This document shows, piece by piece, positions 13,266 to 25,214 of a DNA stretch of 64,000 nt. Under the pieces are notes generated by a model that saw only the letters and a list, made by a program, of their open reading frames with translations, ran no database searches and had not been told where the DNA came from. The position numbers and the translations under genes are program-made. Within the stretch, counting starts at the first letter, position 1. The number at the start of each line of letters is the position of its first letter. Origin of the DNA: Octopus sinensis (lineage: Eukaryota); assembly GCF_006345805.1 (NCBI RefSeq), contig NC_043005.1:35712001-35776000 (forward strand), read 5' to 3'.

Positions 13266-13605
13266 ATACCTCGACAACATTTCAAATGTTGCCACACTCG
13301 ACTGAACGCCAAAACGTTGACAGAACGAGAACAGTGAAGAAGTTTCAATGAAAATAGTAATGCAATACTAGAGTATTGCTTTCCAGTAAAGGATAGCCCG
13401 TGAGGGAAAATTATACATAAAAGTAAATAAATGGCACAACGAAGTACCGATATTTACTGGAAAATAGCGAACGTAATAAATACGACGCTAATGTATAGCT
13501 TCACTGCGTATGTACTAGCAAAAATGCGTGTGTGCAACAAACATGAAAAAAATTGTCTTACCTCTAGGGAGAACATCTGAGAAATGAAATACCTAGAAAG
13601 GGATA

Positions 13606-13677
13606 ATGTGGTACCGGTTTCAGATTCTTCAAAATATGTCTGCCCACATATATTTGATTTATCTTCATCAGCCACAT
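13606..13677 (-). ncRNA. Type I hammerhead ribozyme, copy 3
   Basis: Same motif as copy 1; predicted cut between 13612 and 13611. Confidence 0.88.
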
Positions 13678-13954
13678 ATACCTCGACAACATTTCAGATG
13701 TTGCCACATTTCAGATGTGCCATTTATTTACTTTTGTGTATAATTTTCCCTCACGGGCTATTGGAAAGCAATACTCTAGTATTGCATTACTATTTTCATT
13801 GAAACTTCTTCACTGTTCTCGTTCTGTCAACGTTCGCTATTTTCCAGTAAATATCGGTACTTCGTTGTGCCATTTATTTACTTTTATGTATAATTTTCCC
13901 TCACGGGCTATCCTTTACTGGAAAGCAATACTCTAGTATTGCATTACTATTTTC

Positions 13955-14002
<48 letters not shown>

Positions 14003-14250
14003 CAGACCTTCAGCTGATTAAACCATTCAACCTATGCCACCATGAAAATGGGCGTTAAATGATGATGATGATGATGATGATGATGATATATATGCTGGCA
14101 GGCATGATTGTGTGATCAAGAAGTTAGCATTGGAACCACATAGCAAAGGGTTCAGTCCTGCTCAACTATACCCACTATTTGACCAATACCATGTGCATGG
14201 AACAGGTAGACAAAACGTGGAATAAACCTGTCATATTTGTATGTGAATGT

Positions 14251-16005
14251 TGTCATAATCCAATGTCAGACTGTTATAACATCCACTCTGGTATAATAGT
14301 ATAGTTAGTTAGACACTCCGGTATAGTACTATAGTTAGTTAGATACGACTTTCTATGACCAACTACTCCGACTTCTCGACATCACAGTATTTGTAATGAC
14401 TACACATACCACTCGTCACATAGGCTGGGTGTTCTATTATTATTATTAACCCCATGACATCTCTCCTTTTAAATTTTCTTTTTTTTTTTAGGGAAGGTTA
14501 TTTTATTTCTTTTTATTTGCAATAATTTTTACATAACCTCACCTCCCTTTTTTTAGTTTTTTTTTTCTCATACAATTACAAATTTAATATTTTTCTCGTT
14601 TGACATCCACTTCCAGGAACTCCTTACATTCTCTTTTTCTTTCACTTGTGCATCTGGGTTCAATAATTTGTAGTGGCATTGGTACTTGAAAAGTATCATA
14701 TTCCATTGTTTCTTCCATTCTCTTGGGTTCGCTCTCAACGAATCCTTTTTTAGTTGATTTATATGTCTCTTGTATACTCCTTTTACCAAGTATAGCATTT
14801 CGTATGTGTTTGGTAATCATGCCATCTTCCCAACTTTGTTTTCCTTATTTATATATCCTAACAAATTCATTTTCTCCAATTTTGAAATATCTTGCTGTTA
14901 TTATCCATTGCAATTTTTCTTTCCTTATCTGGTAGTAATTTGTCAAAGCCTGATTTTATTTTCCTTGCAAACATCAGGTCTGCGGATGACAAACCTGCTG
15001 ATGTATTTGGATTTGGTGTCATGCAGTATACTCTTAAGAACTGGTGTAGAGCTACCTCATCTGTGTCTTCTTTATTCAACTTTCTTAGGGCTTTCTTGAA
15101 CTTATCGACAAATGTTCTGCTTGACCGTTAGACCTGTGATAGTATAGCGAATGTTTTACAAAACTTTTTAAACTCAAAAGACACAAATTATGTTCCATTA
15201 TCAGACACTATAGTGCCTGGGATGCCGAATCTCGCCAAGCAGCTCATGTAGAAAGTTTGTCATAGTTGAGGAGGTTGACATTTTACACTTACAAATTAGG
15301 TTCAAACATTTCTAGCATGGATTGAACAATGAGCTTTCCTCGCTAAAAGATGCACACAGTATGTCTTGTATTTTTAAAGTTTATGCCAGAAGGTTTTTTC
15401 GGGAGTACGTAATTACTGTAACACTCATGTTTTCCTGCTGCCAGTTTTCTCAGGATTAGATGCATTTTGATATTGTCGTCCCAATCTTTGCCCTTTTTAT
15501 TGAAGATCTGTTCGTATCTTCTATAGTAGGACTCCTGCGTCTGGTTCATACTTAAATTCCATTATTGAGTTTGCAACATAATCTGGAGAGAACATCTTTT
15601 CAGCATTTTTGGACGACTTGCTATTCATTAATTGCAGCATTTGTTCTTATAATAGCAATTGTTATTGTTCTTGCAGTGGTAACTGTTGTTGTCATAATAA
15701 TTGCTGTTGTCATAATAATTATTGTTGTTGTTGTTCTTACAGCTGTTATTGCTATTGTTGTTGCTGCTGCTGTTGTTATTGTTGTCATCACTGTTACTGC
15801 TGTTGCTGTTGCTGTGATTGTTGTTTTTGCTCTCGTGATTGTTACAGGCTTTGCTGCTATTGTTGTTGTTGTTATTGTTGTTATTGTTATTGTTGTTGAA
15901 GTTGTTGCTGTTGTTGTTGTTGTTGTTGCTGTTGTTGTTCAGTTTTCTATTTCCATCTCAGCTTTGTTAAAAGTGCTTTCTATCCTTTCTGCATTTCCTC
16001 TCTGA
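14251..16005 (-). mobile_element. Gypsy-type LTR retrotransposon remnant (gag joined to integrase; polypurine tract and 3' LTR)
   Basis: Minus strand: FSPDYVANSIMEFKYEPDAG..RRYEQIF..WDDNIKMHLILRKL (gag-like); IVSDNGT..FKKFCK..SNGQAE and YCMTPN..SADLMFARKIK (integrase); AAAAGGAGAGA purine tract then TGTCAT at 14459; LTR left end uncertain (TGTCAT at 14251). Confidence 0.75.
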
Positions 16006-16577
16006 TTACAAATAAAGCTTTTTCGGAAATCATTGAAGATAACCAATTATCACCGACTGGATTATGACTTGCACGGTTCAGTGATCAGAAATAATATTAT
16101 CGCAGCTCACTATCACAATTGCTAACATTAAATATTATTATCACAGTTTGTTATTGGAGTTGCTAACATTTAATATTTATTAATCAGTTTTATTTGACAC
16201 AACAAAATCTTTTTCTCTGTAAATGTTTTATTTGTAAAAACAGTTTCACTTTACTTTAATTTGCCTCCACTCCACTCTCCTCACTCCCAACACCCACCCA
16301 ACACCACTGCCACCACCACCACCACCATGCCACCACCATGCCACCACCGCTACCACCAGCTTCCCCATCACTGTTAATACCACAAACTATCACTACCTCA
16401 TCCATCATTGCTAAAACACCCCACAACCACTACCACTATCTCCATCTTGAAAAATGTTTATTATGAGAATTTTAATAATTATCATGGAATCATTGAAAAA
16501 TCTAAACAGTGTATCAAAACAAATTCTACATCTGCAACTACCGGTAATAGAGTTGTAAACATGTTTATACATATATA

Positions 16578-16626
<49 letters not shown>

Positions 16627-16681
16627 TATATATATATGCATACATACATACATACATATATATATATGTGTGTGTGTATGC

Positions 16682-16737
<56 letters not shown>

Positions 16738-16975
16738 TATATATATATAGACATATATATATATGTACATTCTTTTGTTCTTTTACTTGTTTTATCCACC
16801 CGACTGCAGCCATGCTGGAGCACCACCTTATAAATCCATACACACACACGTATACATGTAAATATGTGTGTGTGTATCTGTATACGTTTGTATGTATGTA
16901 TTTATGTATATGCATATACACTTACACAAACATGCATATATATATATATATATGTGTATATACATATATATATAT

Positions 16976-17016
<41 letters not shown>

Positions 17017-17036
17017 CATATATATATATGCATACA

Positions 17037-17069
<33 letters not shown>

Positions 17070-17513
17070 CATCATCATCCTCATCATCATCATCATCGTC
17101 GTCGTCGTATGTGTGTGTGCATGTGTTTCTGTTTGTGTGTGTGTGTATCTGGCTGAATGAAAGGATGTACAAGTATCATCTAGATTATTATATTTTGTTT
17201 ATAAAGCTTAAGTGAACACACCTGGCCAGTTGCTAGAATCAGCCACTTAACAAATTTATCATTTAAAACAACGGTGAAATCATAATGATACTTGCCATTG
17301 GCAAACAGCCACAAATTGAAGAGTTGGGGAGAGTGGTTTAGTGGATTTTTATTTACACTACTAATGATTTAATTATTAGTACTTTCATAATTATCAAAAT
17401 CAAAGTAAAATAAAAACCAGCAGGTAAAAGGACATAACCAAATACAACAAAGCAATTTTCTTAAGTGCTTTTCTGATATCTTAATTCACTGCCTTTCACA
17501 TATTTCACATGAA

Positions 17514-17941
17514 GGATCTTTTCGGTTTGAACGGCAGTTTTTAACATAATTTCTAGGTAACTAAAAAAATTTAAACTTCATATACTGGTAGAATATGTTT
17601 ATAAAACATCTTTTTCTCTTGGCTTTATTGAGAAAATTCTATAGTTTGTTTGATATTTGTTGTTTTTTTCTTCAATTTCTGCAATTTCAACCAATCACTG
17701 ACGTCTATTGAGGTAAAAAAACATTCTGTGCCGTATGAATATGTCCCTCGTTTAAGAAATAGACTGGGTTTATTTACATTTGTGAAGAAAAAAAAGATAG
17801 CCTTCCCCCCACCCCTAACCCTAACTAACCTTAACCCTAAAAGAGGTTGAAATGCAATAGATCGATACTAGGGTCATAATTATGGGTGACAATTTCATAT
17901 GACACCACTAGAAGAAACTGCTGTTCAAACCGAAAAGATCC
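17514..17941. mobile_element. 428-bp MITE with 27-bp TIRs and 8-bp TSD
   Basis: GGATCTTTTCGGTTTGAACGGCAGTTT / AAACTGCTGTTCAAACCGAAAAGATCC (1 mismatch); TSD CACATGAA at 17506-17513 and 17942-17949. Confidence 0.92.
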
Positions 17942-18206
17942 CACATGAATCCTAACAGACACAAAAATTCCAGTATCTTTTTGGTCAGGGTGAGCATGTA
18001 ATTTAGTTTTAGTCTTTTGTGATAATCTTATTCATATCAAAAACTGTTTATGGAAATATCACATTGACCCCAGTATATGACTGATACTTTATGTTCTTGA
18101 TCCTGGATGGAGGAAAAATATAAAGTTGATCTCAGTTGGATTTGAAACAGAATGTAAAAAGATGTGACTAAATACAGCAGCTCAGTTTGTCCCATGTTTT
18201 TCTCCA

Positions 18207-18277
<71 letters not shown>

Positions 18278-18303
18278 CACCACCACCACCACCACCACTA
18301 CGA

Positions 18304-18353
<50 letters not shown>

Positions 18354-18356
<3 letters not shown>

Positions 18357-18675
18357 AAAGACCTGGAAAAAGAGGTAACCAGAATGTGGAATCTAAAAAC
18401 AGAAACAATTCCTATCATAGTAGGTGCATTAGGCATGATAAAAAAAATATTCAGACAAATACATAACAAAAACACCAGACTTACAAACACATATAACATA
18501 CAGAAAATTGCACTACTAGGCACTGCACACATCCTACGCAGAAAACTTTTCATACAATAACCATCAGAGCATCACAACAAATCACAGCACATACCCAAGG
18601 CACACAGAGCTGCGCTCGGTAGTGAAGTGAAAGCACGCTATAAAAATAAAACTACTGAAAATAATAGTAATAATG

Positions 18676-18711
<36 letters not shown>

Positions 18712-19043
18712 TAATAATAATACAAAGACCTGGAAAAAGAGGTAACCAGAATGTGGAATCTAAAAACAGAAACAATTCCTATCATAGTAGGTGCATTAGG
18801 CATGATAAAAAAAATATTCAGACAAATACATAACAAAAACACCAGGACTTACAAACACATATAACATACAGAAAATTGCACTACTAGGCACTGCACACAT
18901 CCTACGCAGAAAACTTTTCATACAATAACCATCAGAGCATCACAACAAATCACAGCACATACCCAAGGCACACAGAGCTGCGCTCGGTAGTGAAGTGAAA
19001 GCACGCTATAAAAATAAAACTACTGAAAATAATAGTAATAATG

Positions 19044-19093
<50 letters not shown>

Positions 19094-19094
19094 T
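18354..19094 (+). mobile_element. Two tandem 3' fragments of an RLE-type (R4/Dong-like) LINE within (TAA)n
   Basis: YKDLEKEVTRMWNLKTETIPIIVGALG..KIALLGTAHILRRK resembles a restriction-like endonuclease C-terminus; copies start at 18354 and 18721 and each ends in (AAT)n. Confidence 0.8.
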
Positions 19095-19223
19095 AATTCT
19101 TTTTATTGGCCACAAGGGCTGACAAACATGATTGGAAAACATAAAGGAATAATAATATTAATGTTTCTAATTTGTTGCCCATAATTAAAAAAAACACTCT
19201 GAAAGAAGATTTGGGCAGTTGTA

Positions 19224-19259
<36 letters not shown>

Positions 19260-19262
<3 letters not shown>

Positions 19263-19670
19263 ATGTATGTATGTATGTATGTATGTATGTATGTATGTAT
19301 GCATGTATGTATGTATGCATGTATGTGTGTGTATATGTGTGTCTGTATGTGTGTATATGTCTATGTATCTATGTATGTATGTCATTATTCAAGATTTCTT
19401 GCCAATAAAGTGTTGCATTCTAACCTAGATCCAAGGCTCCTTCATTGGAATTTCAAAATCAACAACAGGGTATGTATGTATGTGTATGTATGTATGTATG
19501 CATGTATGTATGTATGCATGTATGTGTGTGTATATGTGTGTCTGTATGTGTGTATATGTCTATGTATCTATGTATGTATGTCATTATTCAAGATTTCTTG
19601 CCAATAAAGTGTTGCATTCTAACCTAGATCCAAGGCTCCTTCATTGGAATTTCAAAATCAACAACAGGGT
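19260..19670. repeat. ~199-bp tandem duplication of an element terminus plus (GTAT)-rich flank
   Basis: GTCATTATTCAAGATTTCTTGCC...AACAACAGGGT at 19381 and 19580; similar segment at 31165-31268. Confidence 0.85.
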
Positions 19671-19879
19671 ATGTATGTATGTATGTATGTATGTATGTAT
19701 GTATGTATGTATGTATGTATGTATGTATGTATGTATGTATGTATGCATGCATGCATGCATGCATGTATGTATGTATGTACGTATGTATGTATGTATGTAT
19801 GTATGTATGTATGTATGTATGTATGTATGTATGTATATGTACAGATTTGTATGTTTTGCTTTATGTATATATTTTCTTG

Positions 19880-21025
19880 CATGTAGTTGCATATCTAGAC
19901 ATGCTCATATATATTTAAATAATAAACATCTGGAAGGTTTTACAGATTTTTACAGTTCCAGTGATGGATTGGATCTGTAGTCTTTGAATCAGCTTTCTCC
20001 TTTTTGGTTTTGAGAAGCCTAATTTCTCAAGATTGATATTTAGGTAGTGTGTTACATATCTCCGGGCCCCAATAATTACAGGTATAAACCTGAACTTGTA
20101 GTCTGAATAGAGTAACTGCAGATTTCTCAATAGTTCAGCGTAGATATTCTCTTTTTCACTGATCTTCAGCTGTATATTAACATCTGCTGGGCAGCTAATT
20201 TCCACAATTGTATACAGATTCTCTTCTCTACCCTAGATCAGATCTGCTGTGCTTACATTTTATTGAGGTCATCACTGGAACATTCCACCAGTACTTCTTT
20301 TTATTATGAGTGGTTATGGCTTCTACTATACTGTGAGTTTTTATTTTTTTGTCCATGGGGTGATCCTTCTGACAGATTTCATTACAGAGTGTCCTAGCAA
20401 CAGCATCATGTCTCATCAGTAGATAAGATTTTCTGACAACTGCTTATGATGTGGGTGATATCTTCAGTGTTAACACCACAAAGTCTCCATTGGTTGTCAC
20501 ATTTTACAGTTTTTCCTACATCTCTATCCCTTTTGTGCATCAGGTATTTGGTAGATATTTCTTGTTCCTGGATTCCAAATGCAAAGTGGGAGGTAGTAAT
20601 CCAGTTATTGATCCATGATAGACTGCGTTGATGATAGATATTACTATCATCTCAGAGATTTCTACTAACATATCCATGCATAGTCTTCTGCTCATATAGG
20701 CTCATCCTTTCATCTGATGATACGTAGAGTCATGCAACTTCTTTGAGCAGGTTTTCTAGGTTATCAGACAAAGAATGTTACTCAAGAAGCTGCCTTCTGA
20801 GTCCAATAATGTTATCAACCTCATGTATGCATACTTGGTCAAAGGATGCACTTAGACCCTTGTTGGTTAAGAGATTTTGCCAAAGGGATATGATATGAGA
20901 TTCAAAGGCATTTTGGATCGATGTTACGCTTCTGCTGCCATGTTGTCGTTTTGGGTAGCAGTGGTCTACGTCACTGTTTATCTGGAAATTATGTGTGCTT
21001 GTTTGCATTTTTGGGGTTTTCACAT
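19880..21025 (-). mobile_element. 3' remnant of an RLE-clade LINE (CCHC knuckle plus endonuclease)
   Basis: Minus strand: FAFGIQEQEISTKYL..RLCGVNTEDITHIISSC, RHDAVAR..WWNVPV..KHSRSDL, EISCPADVNI..EKENIY..FIPVIIGA; (GTAT)n on both sides. Confidence 0.8.
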
Positions 21026-21133
21026 CAATGTATGTATGTATGTATGTATGTATGTATGTATGTATGTATGTATGCATGGATGGATGGATGGATGGATGGA
21101 TGTATGGATGGATGGATGGATGGATGGAAGGAA

Positions 21134-21174
<41 letters not shown>

Positions 21175-22087
21175 CTTAATAGATCACTGCAGTGATTAAG
21201 AACTATTAGAGAATTTTATATGTAATTAACACATATTTAAAAATATTTTACGTGTAGGTTATTTCCCTTGAAGTTCAAATCACATCACCGAAAGAAACTA
21301 ACCTTACAACACAAAACACGGGAGCTAACTCTAGTGTGACATAAGTGATAAAAGGGAAATAACTTGTCGATAAATTTAATTTTAAATATTTTTGTTTTGT
21401 ATTTTTCTCTTATTTTTAAATATGAAAGTATGTAATAAATGTTTCTAATTTTGGCGAAATGTTTGAGGAAAAAGATTAACCAATTACATCAGTCCAATAA
21501 TTGATCAGCACTTTCTTTTATCGGCCCTAGTAGGGTGATTAGTGGGATTAAATATAAACGTATTGGAACTACTCACGTTTATACTTCGTCCGAATTTCTG
21601 AGATAATATAGTACTGATAGTGTACATTGATACAGTCTGGCTAGTGTCTTCATCTTCTTCGCTATTGGCAACGCCTCGGCCGCTTCACTCTCCGCTCGTC
21701 TTCGGATGTCTGTTTAGTGGATAACATAGTCGGAATTTAAACTAAATTGTTTTATTGAATCGGCGGGAGAATATAAGTTGTGTAAACACAAATGTAAGTC
21801 ATAAATTTTTCTTTCATGATCTCATGATCTATACTGGAAATGCGTCTAATATTGAAGAAGAACTGGATTTGGTCACATATATCTACAAAGTTATCATAAG
21901 CAAAGCTTGAGTGAACGAATAAAATTTCAGGATCTATTTTTAAAATTCGGTAGTGGAACATTTCTAGTACATTCTTAATAAACAGAGTCAACAATTGTTG
22001 AGAGGTTTGGATCTGATATGTAAGTGCACACACACACACACACACACAGCCCCCCCCCCCCCACTCACACACACAAACGTATATATA

Positions 22088-22900
22088 CAGGGTGAGATGG
22101 GTAAATTGTCGCCATTTTATATTTTTAATTTTGCGCATGTGCATTGTTAGTTTTTGATTTTGTTGTCTACACAGTATTGTAGGGTCAGTTGGGCACCATC
22201 TATGAGAAAACCATCACGACGCAATTCCCTCTCCCAGAAATTTGGAAACGACATGCTGTACAGCTTGACATTCGCGTCTGAAGCTCCAATACGAACATTT
22301 CAGAGTGTTTAAGTGTCAGTCTGAGGATATGTACCGAGAGTGATAAAAATCAAACATCCAATCAACAACATGGAGTTTGGAGTGATCACTAATGATAGCG
22401 ACGTTATGCCTCCAGTCATCTTCCTACATGGCCTCAGGTTCAATACGGAAGCCTACATCACGTGCCTAGAGAAGGTAGTAATGTCCTGGGTCAAGAGAGT
22501 GGCTGCTGGATGACCCTATGTCTAGCAACAGGATTCTGCATAATGTCACACAAGGAGAACCCAGTATTGGCTGTGAAACAATTTCTGCAACCACATCACC
22601 CCAAACATCTGGCTACCTAACTCCCCAGACTGCAACCCCCTTGATCATTATGTGTGGGGCGCAGTTGAGTGAGAGACCAAAAAAACTCCTTGTAACACCA
22701 AACATGAACTGAAAGCAAGGATTATGGCAGCATTCACCAACTTAAACAAGGGGACCGCCCAAAAGAGTCGCAAGAGATTCTGAAGTCGTCTGGAGTCCGT
22801 GGTTGAAGCCAATGACGATTCTATTGAATAAATTTACTCTTTAGTATTTCAAGATATTTTAATGTAATTTTGGTAAATCTGTTAAAATGATATGTCAGTG
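22088..22900 (+). mobile_element. Degenerate mariner-like (maT/DD37D-like) transposon
   Basis: TA|CAGGGTG start; VMPPVIF..YITCLEKVV..QQDSA..W(L)PNSPDCNPLD with stops; 36 residues between the last two Asp in this copy; right TIR not seen. Confidence 0.75.
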
Positions 22901-22949
22901 TTTTATTGCTTTTTTTTCATTATTGCGTAATTTAGACGACGAATATATA

Positions 22950-23320
22950 ACTATATATATAAACGGCAAAATGTCTGTCTGTGTGTGTGTATATCTTTTA
23001 TACAAATCCACAAATTTTCAGTTAGAGGGCTCGCACTTTCTATTGTCATTCAAAACCGTACAAGGGTAGTCGTGCATATCTTTACCTTACCCCAGTCACC
23101 CCGCAAAGCCATTAAGAAAATCAATAAAAGTGACTTTTTTATGAATTTTCTATCAAAAACTCAATCAAAATGCCCGAAACTTGATACGCCAATTGAATGC
23201 CAGCTAGCTGTATCTGATTGGTCGGAGATTTGGACAGTACTCGCGTGTATGTGCGCACGCACGCAGCTGTATATGCATGTACTAGCACTATGACCCGGCG
23301 TTGCCAGGTCATAGTGCTAG
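22950..23320 (+). mobile_element. Non-autonomous Helitron (~370 bp)
   Basis: TATATATAAACGGCAAAATGTCTGTCTG start; terminal hairpin and CTAG|T; copies at ~57865-58227 and ~58366-58728. Confidence 0.8.
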
Positions 23321-23330
23321 TATATATATA

Positions 23331-23410
<80 letters not shown>

Positions 23411-23670
23411 GTATGTATGTTCGTATGCATGTATGCATGTATGTAATAAACCGAGGGCATTTACACAGCGAATTTAAGTCAATACCTGCTTTCCTCATCT
23501 GAAATAACGAAATAAGACTAGCATTCGGAACGTTAAGCCTCTTTTCGTTCCTTTCAAGCGTTAAGTTAATACACAACTTGGTAAAACTTGTCTCTCTTGC
23601 GCTATACTCTTTCATTGCTTTCGTTACACATACATACATACATACATACATACATACATACATACATACA

Positions 23671-23701
<31 letters not shown>

Positions 23702-23759
23702 TTATACGTTACATACACACTCATATACATATATATATATATATATATATAGTTGAAAT

Positions 23760-23950
23760 TTACAGAAAAACAAATGACGAAGACGGGTGTATGAACAACA
23801 AGCAGGTAGGTGTATTAGTTTGATGCTCGGGAAAATGAGAAAGTCCTTTACGTTTCGAGCCTACGCGCTTCAACAGAAAGGAATAAGAGAAAATAAACAG
23901 AGAGAGAATAAATAACTTTGGGATTTAGTAATCAAGCATGCTGGCTGGTT
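23760..23950 (-). repeat. Penelope-tail-like repeat with a degenerate HHR-like motif, between (TA)n tracts
   Basis: Minus strand CTGTTGA-A-GCGC-GTAG-GCTC-GAAACGTA at 23844-23882. Confidence 0.5.
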
Positions 23951-23951
23951 T

Positions 23952-24011
<60 letters not shown>

Positions 24012-24015
<4 letters not shown>

Positions 24016-25214
24016 GGTTGGACAAAGTAATGGAAACGCCTAGCATCATAGCATCATAATTTTGAAATATCTATAAAACTATCAAAAGCTTGTTATTTTT
24101 ATGTTTTTGATTTATTATTAGTATTGCTTCATATTTTTTGCTAAAATTGCTGTTCCTTTTCAGATATCATCAGAAAAAGGTAATTATAATTAATTAAAAT
24201 GACAGATCTATCGGACTTTCAAAGAGGTCAAATTACTGGTGCTCGTATGGCAGACGCTAGCGTAATGAAAACAGCCGAAATGTTTGGTGTATCAACAAGT
24301 ACTTTCTCGAAAGTAATGACAACCTTTGAGAAAGAGGGAAAAACAAAACTTCGGAAGAAAACCAAAACTTTCAGATAGGGATCGTTGGACTCTTATGCAA
24401 ATTGTTAGGAAGAATCACAAAAGTACAGCTTCCAAAATTATTGCAGAGCTTAATAACCACCACGAAAACCCAGTTTCCACAAAAACTGTTCGCCGGGAGT
24501 TGCACAAAGCTGAATTTCAGGGAAGGGCTGCATTCAAAAAAAAAACTACTTCCGAAAACAAACGTTGCAAAACATTTAGAGTGGAGTAAAAACACACAGA
24601 ATTGGTCCCTAGAGCAGTGGAAGAATGTTATTTTCTCGGACGAGTCATCCTTTGCCTTATTTCTGACCACCAACCAAGTATACGTATGGAGACAGCCAAA
24701 GGAACATTTGACCCAGACTGCTTTCTTCCAACTGTTAAACATGGAGGCGGATCTATGATGATCTTGGGGGCTATATCTTGGAAATCTGCCAGCCCAATGG
24801 TTTCCCTTCATGGCAGAATTAATAGTCAAGACTATTTAAGCATTTTATCTGATCAAATTCATCCTATGGTTGTGGAGCTATTTCCGGAGGGAAACGCAAT
24901 CTTTCAGGATGATAATGTGCCAATTTACACTGCTAAAGTTGTTACTGAATGGCACGAGGAAAGTTCTAGTTATCTGGCCACCACAGTCCCCAGATCTTAA
25001 TATTATTGAACATTTATGTTGCATTTTAGGAAAACAAGTAAGGAGTCGATATCCTCCACCATCATCACTACAAGAACTGGAAACTGTTTTAGCTGAGGAA
25101 TGGACAAAACTCGTAGAATTCAAGCTGTAATTACTGCAAAAGGGGGTCCTACCTCATATTAAAATAAATTTGTTTGAAATTTTAAGGTGTTCCCAATATT
25201 CTACCCAACCCCTG
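24012..25214 (+). mobile_element. Near full-length (1203 bp) Tc1-like transposon with frameshifted transposase
   Basis: TA TSDs; TIRs CAGAGGTTGGACAAAGTAATGGAAACGCC / GGTGTTCCCAATATTCTACCCAACCCCTG; MTDLSDFQRGQI, VIFSDESSF, IFQDDN, WPPQSPDLNIIEH motifs. Confidence 0.92.

Larger units (their letters stand above)
12586..13958 (-). mobile_element. Retrozyme-like tandem array: ~2.7 head-to-tail 412/425-bp non-coding units plus an inverted terminal segment, inserted in (TA)n
   Basis: Near-identical units (HHR starts 12769, 13194, 13606); reverse-complement unit fragments at 13716-13958; (TA)n on both flanks. Confidence 0.85.

Noticed and set aside
13454-13802. ORFs MADEDKSNICG... and MKYLERDNVV... 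inside the tandem array
   Set aside because: Short frames running through the hammerhead; no recognisable protein, and the sequence is explained by RNA structure
15565-16005. Plus-strand 146-aa hydrophobic ORF resembling a membrane protein
   Set aside because: Antisense reading of the decayed CAA/CAG tract of the Gypsy gag
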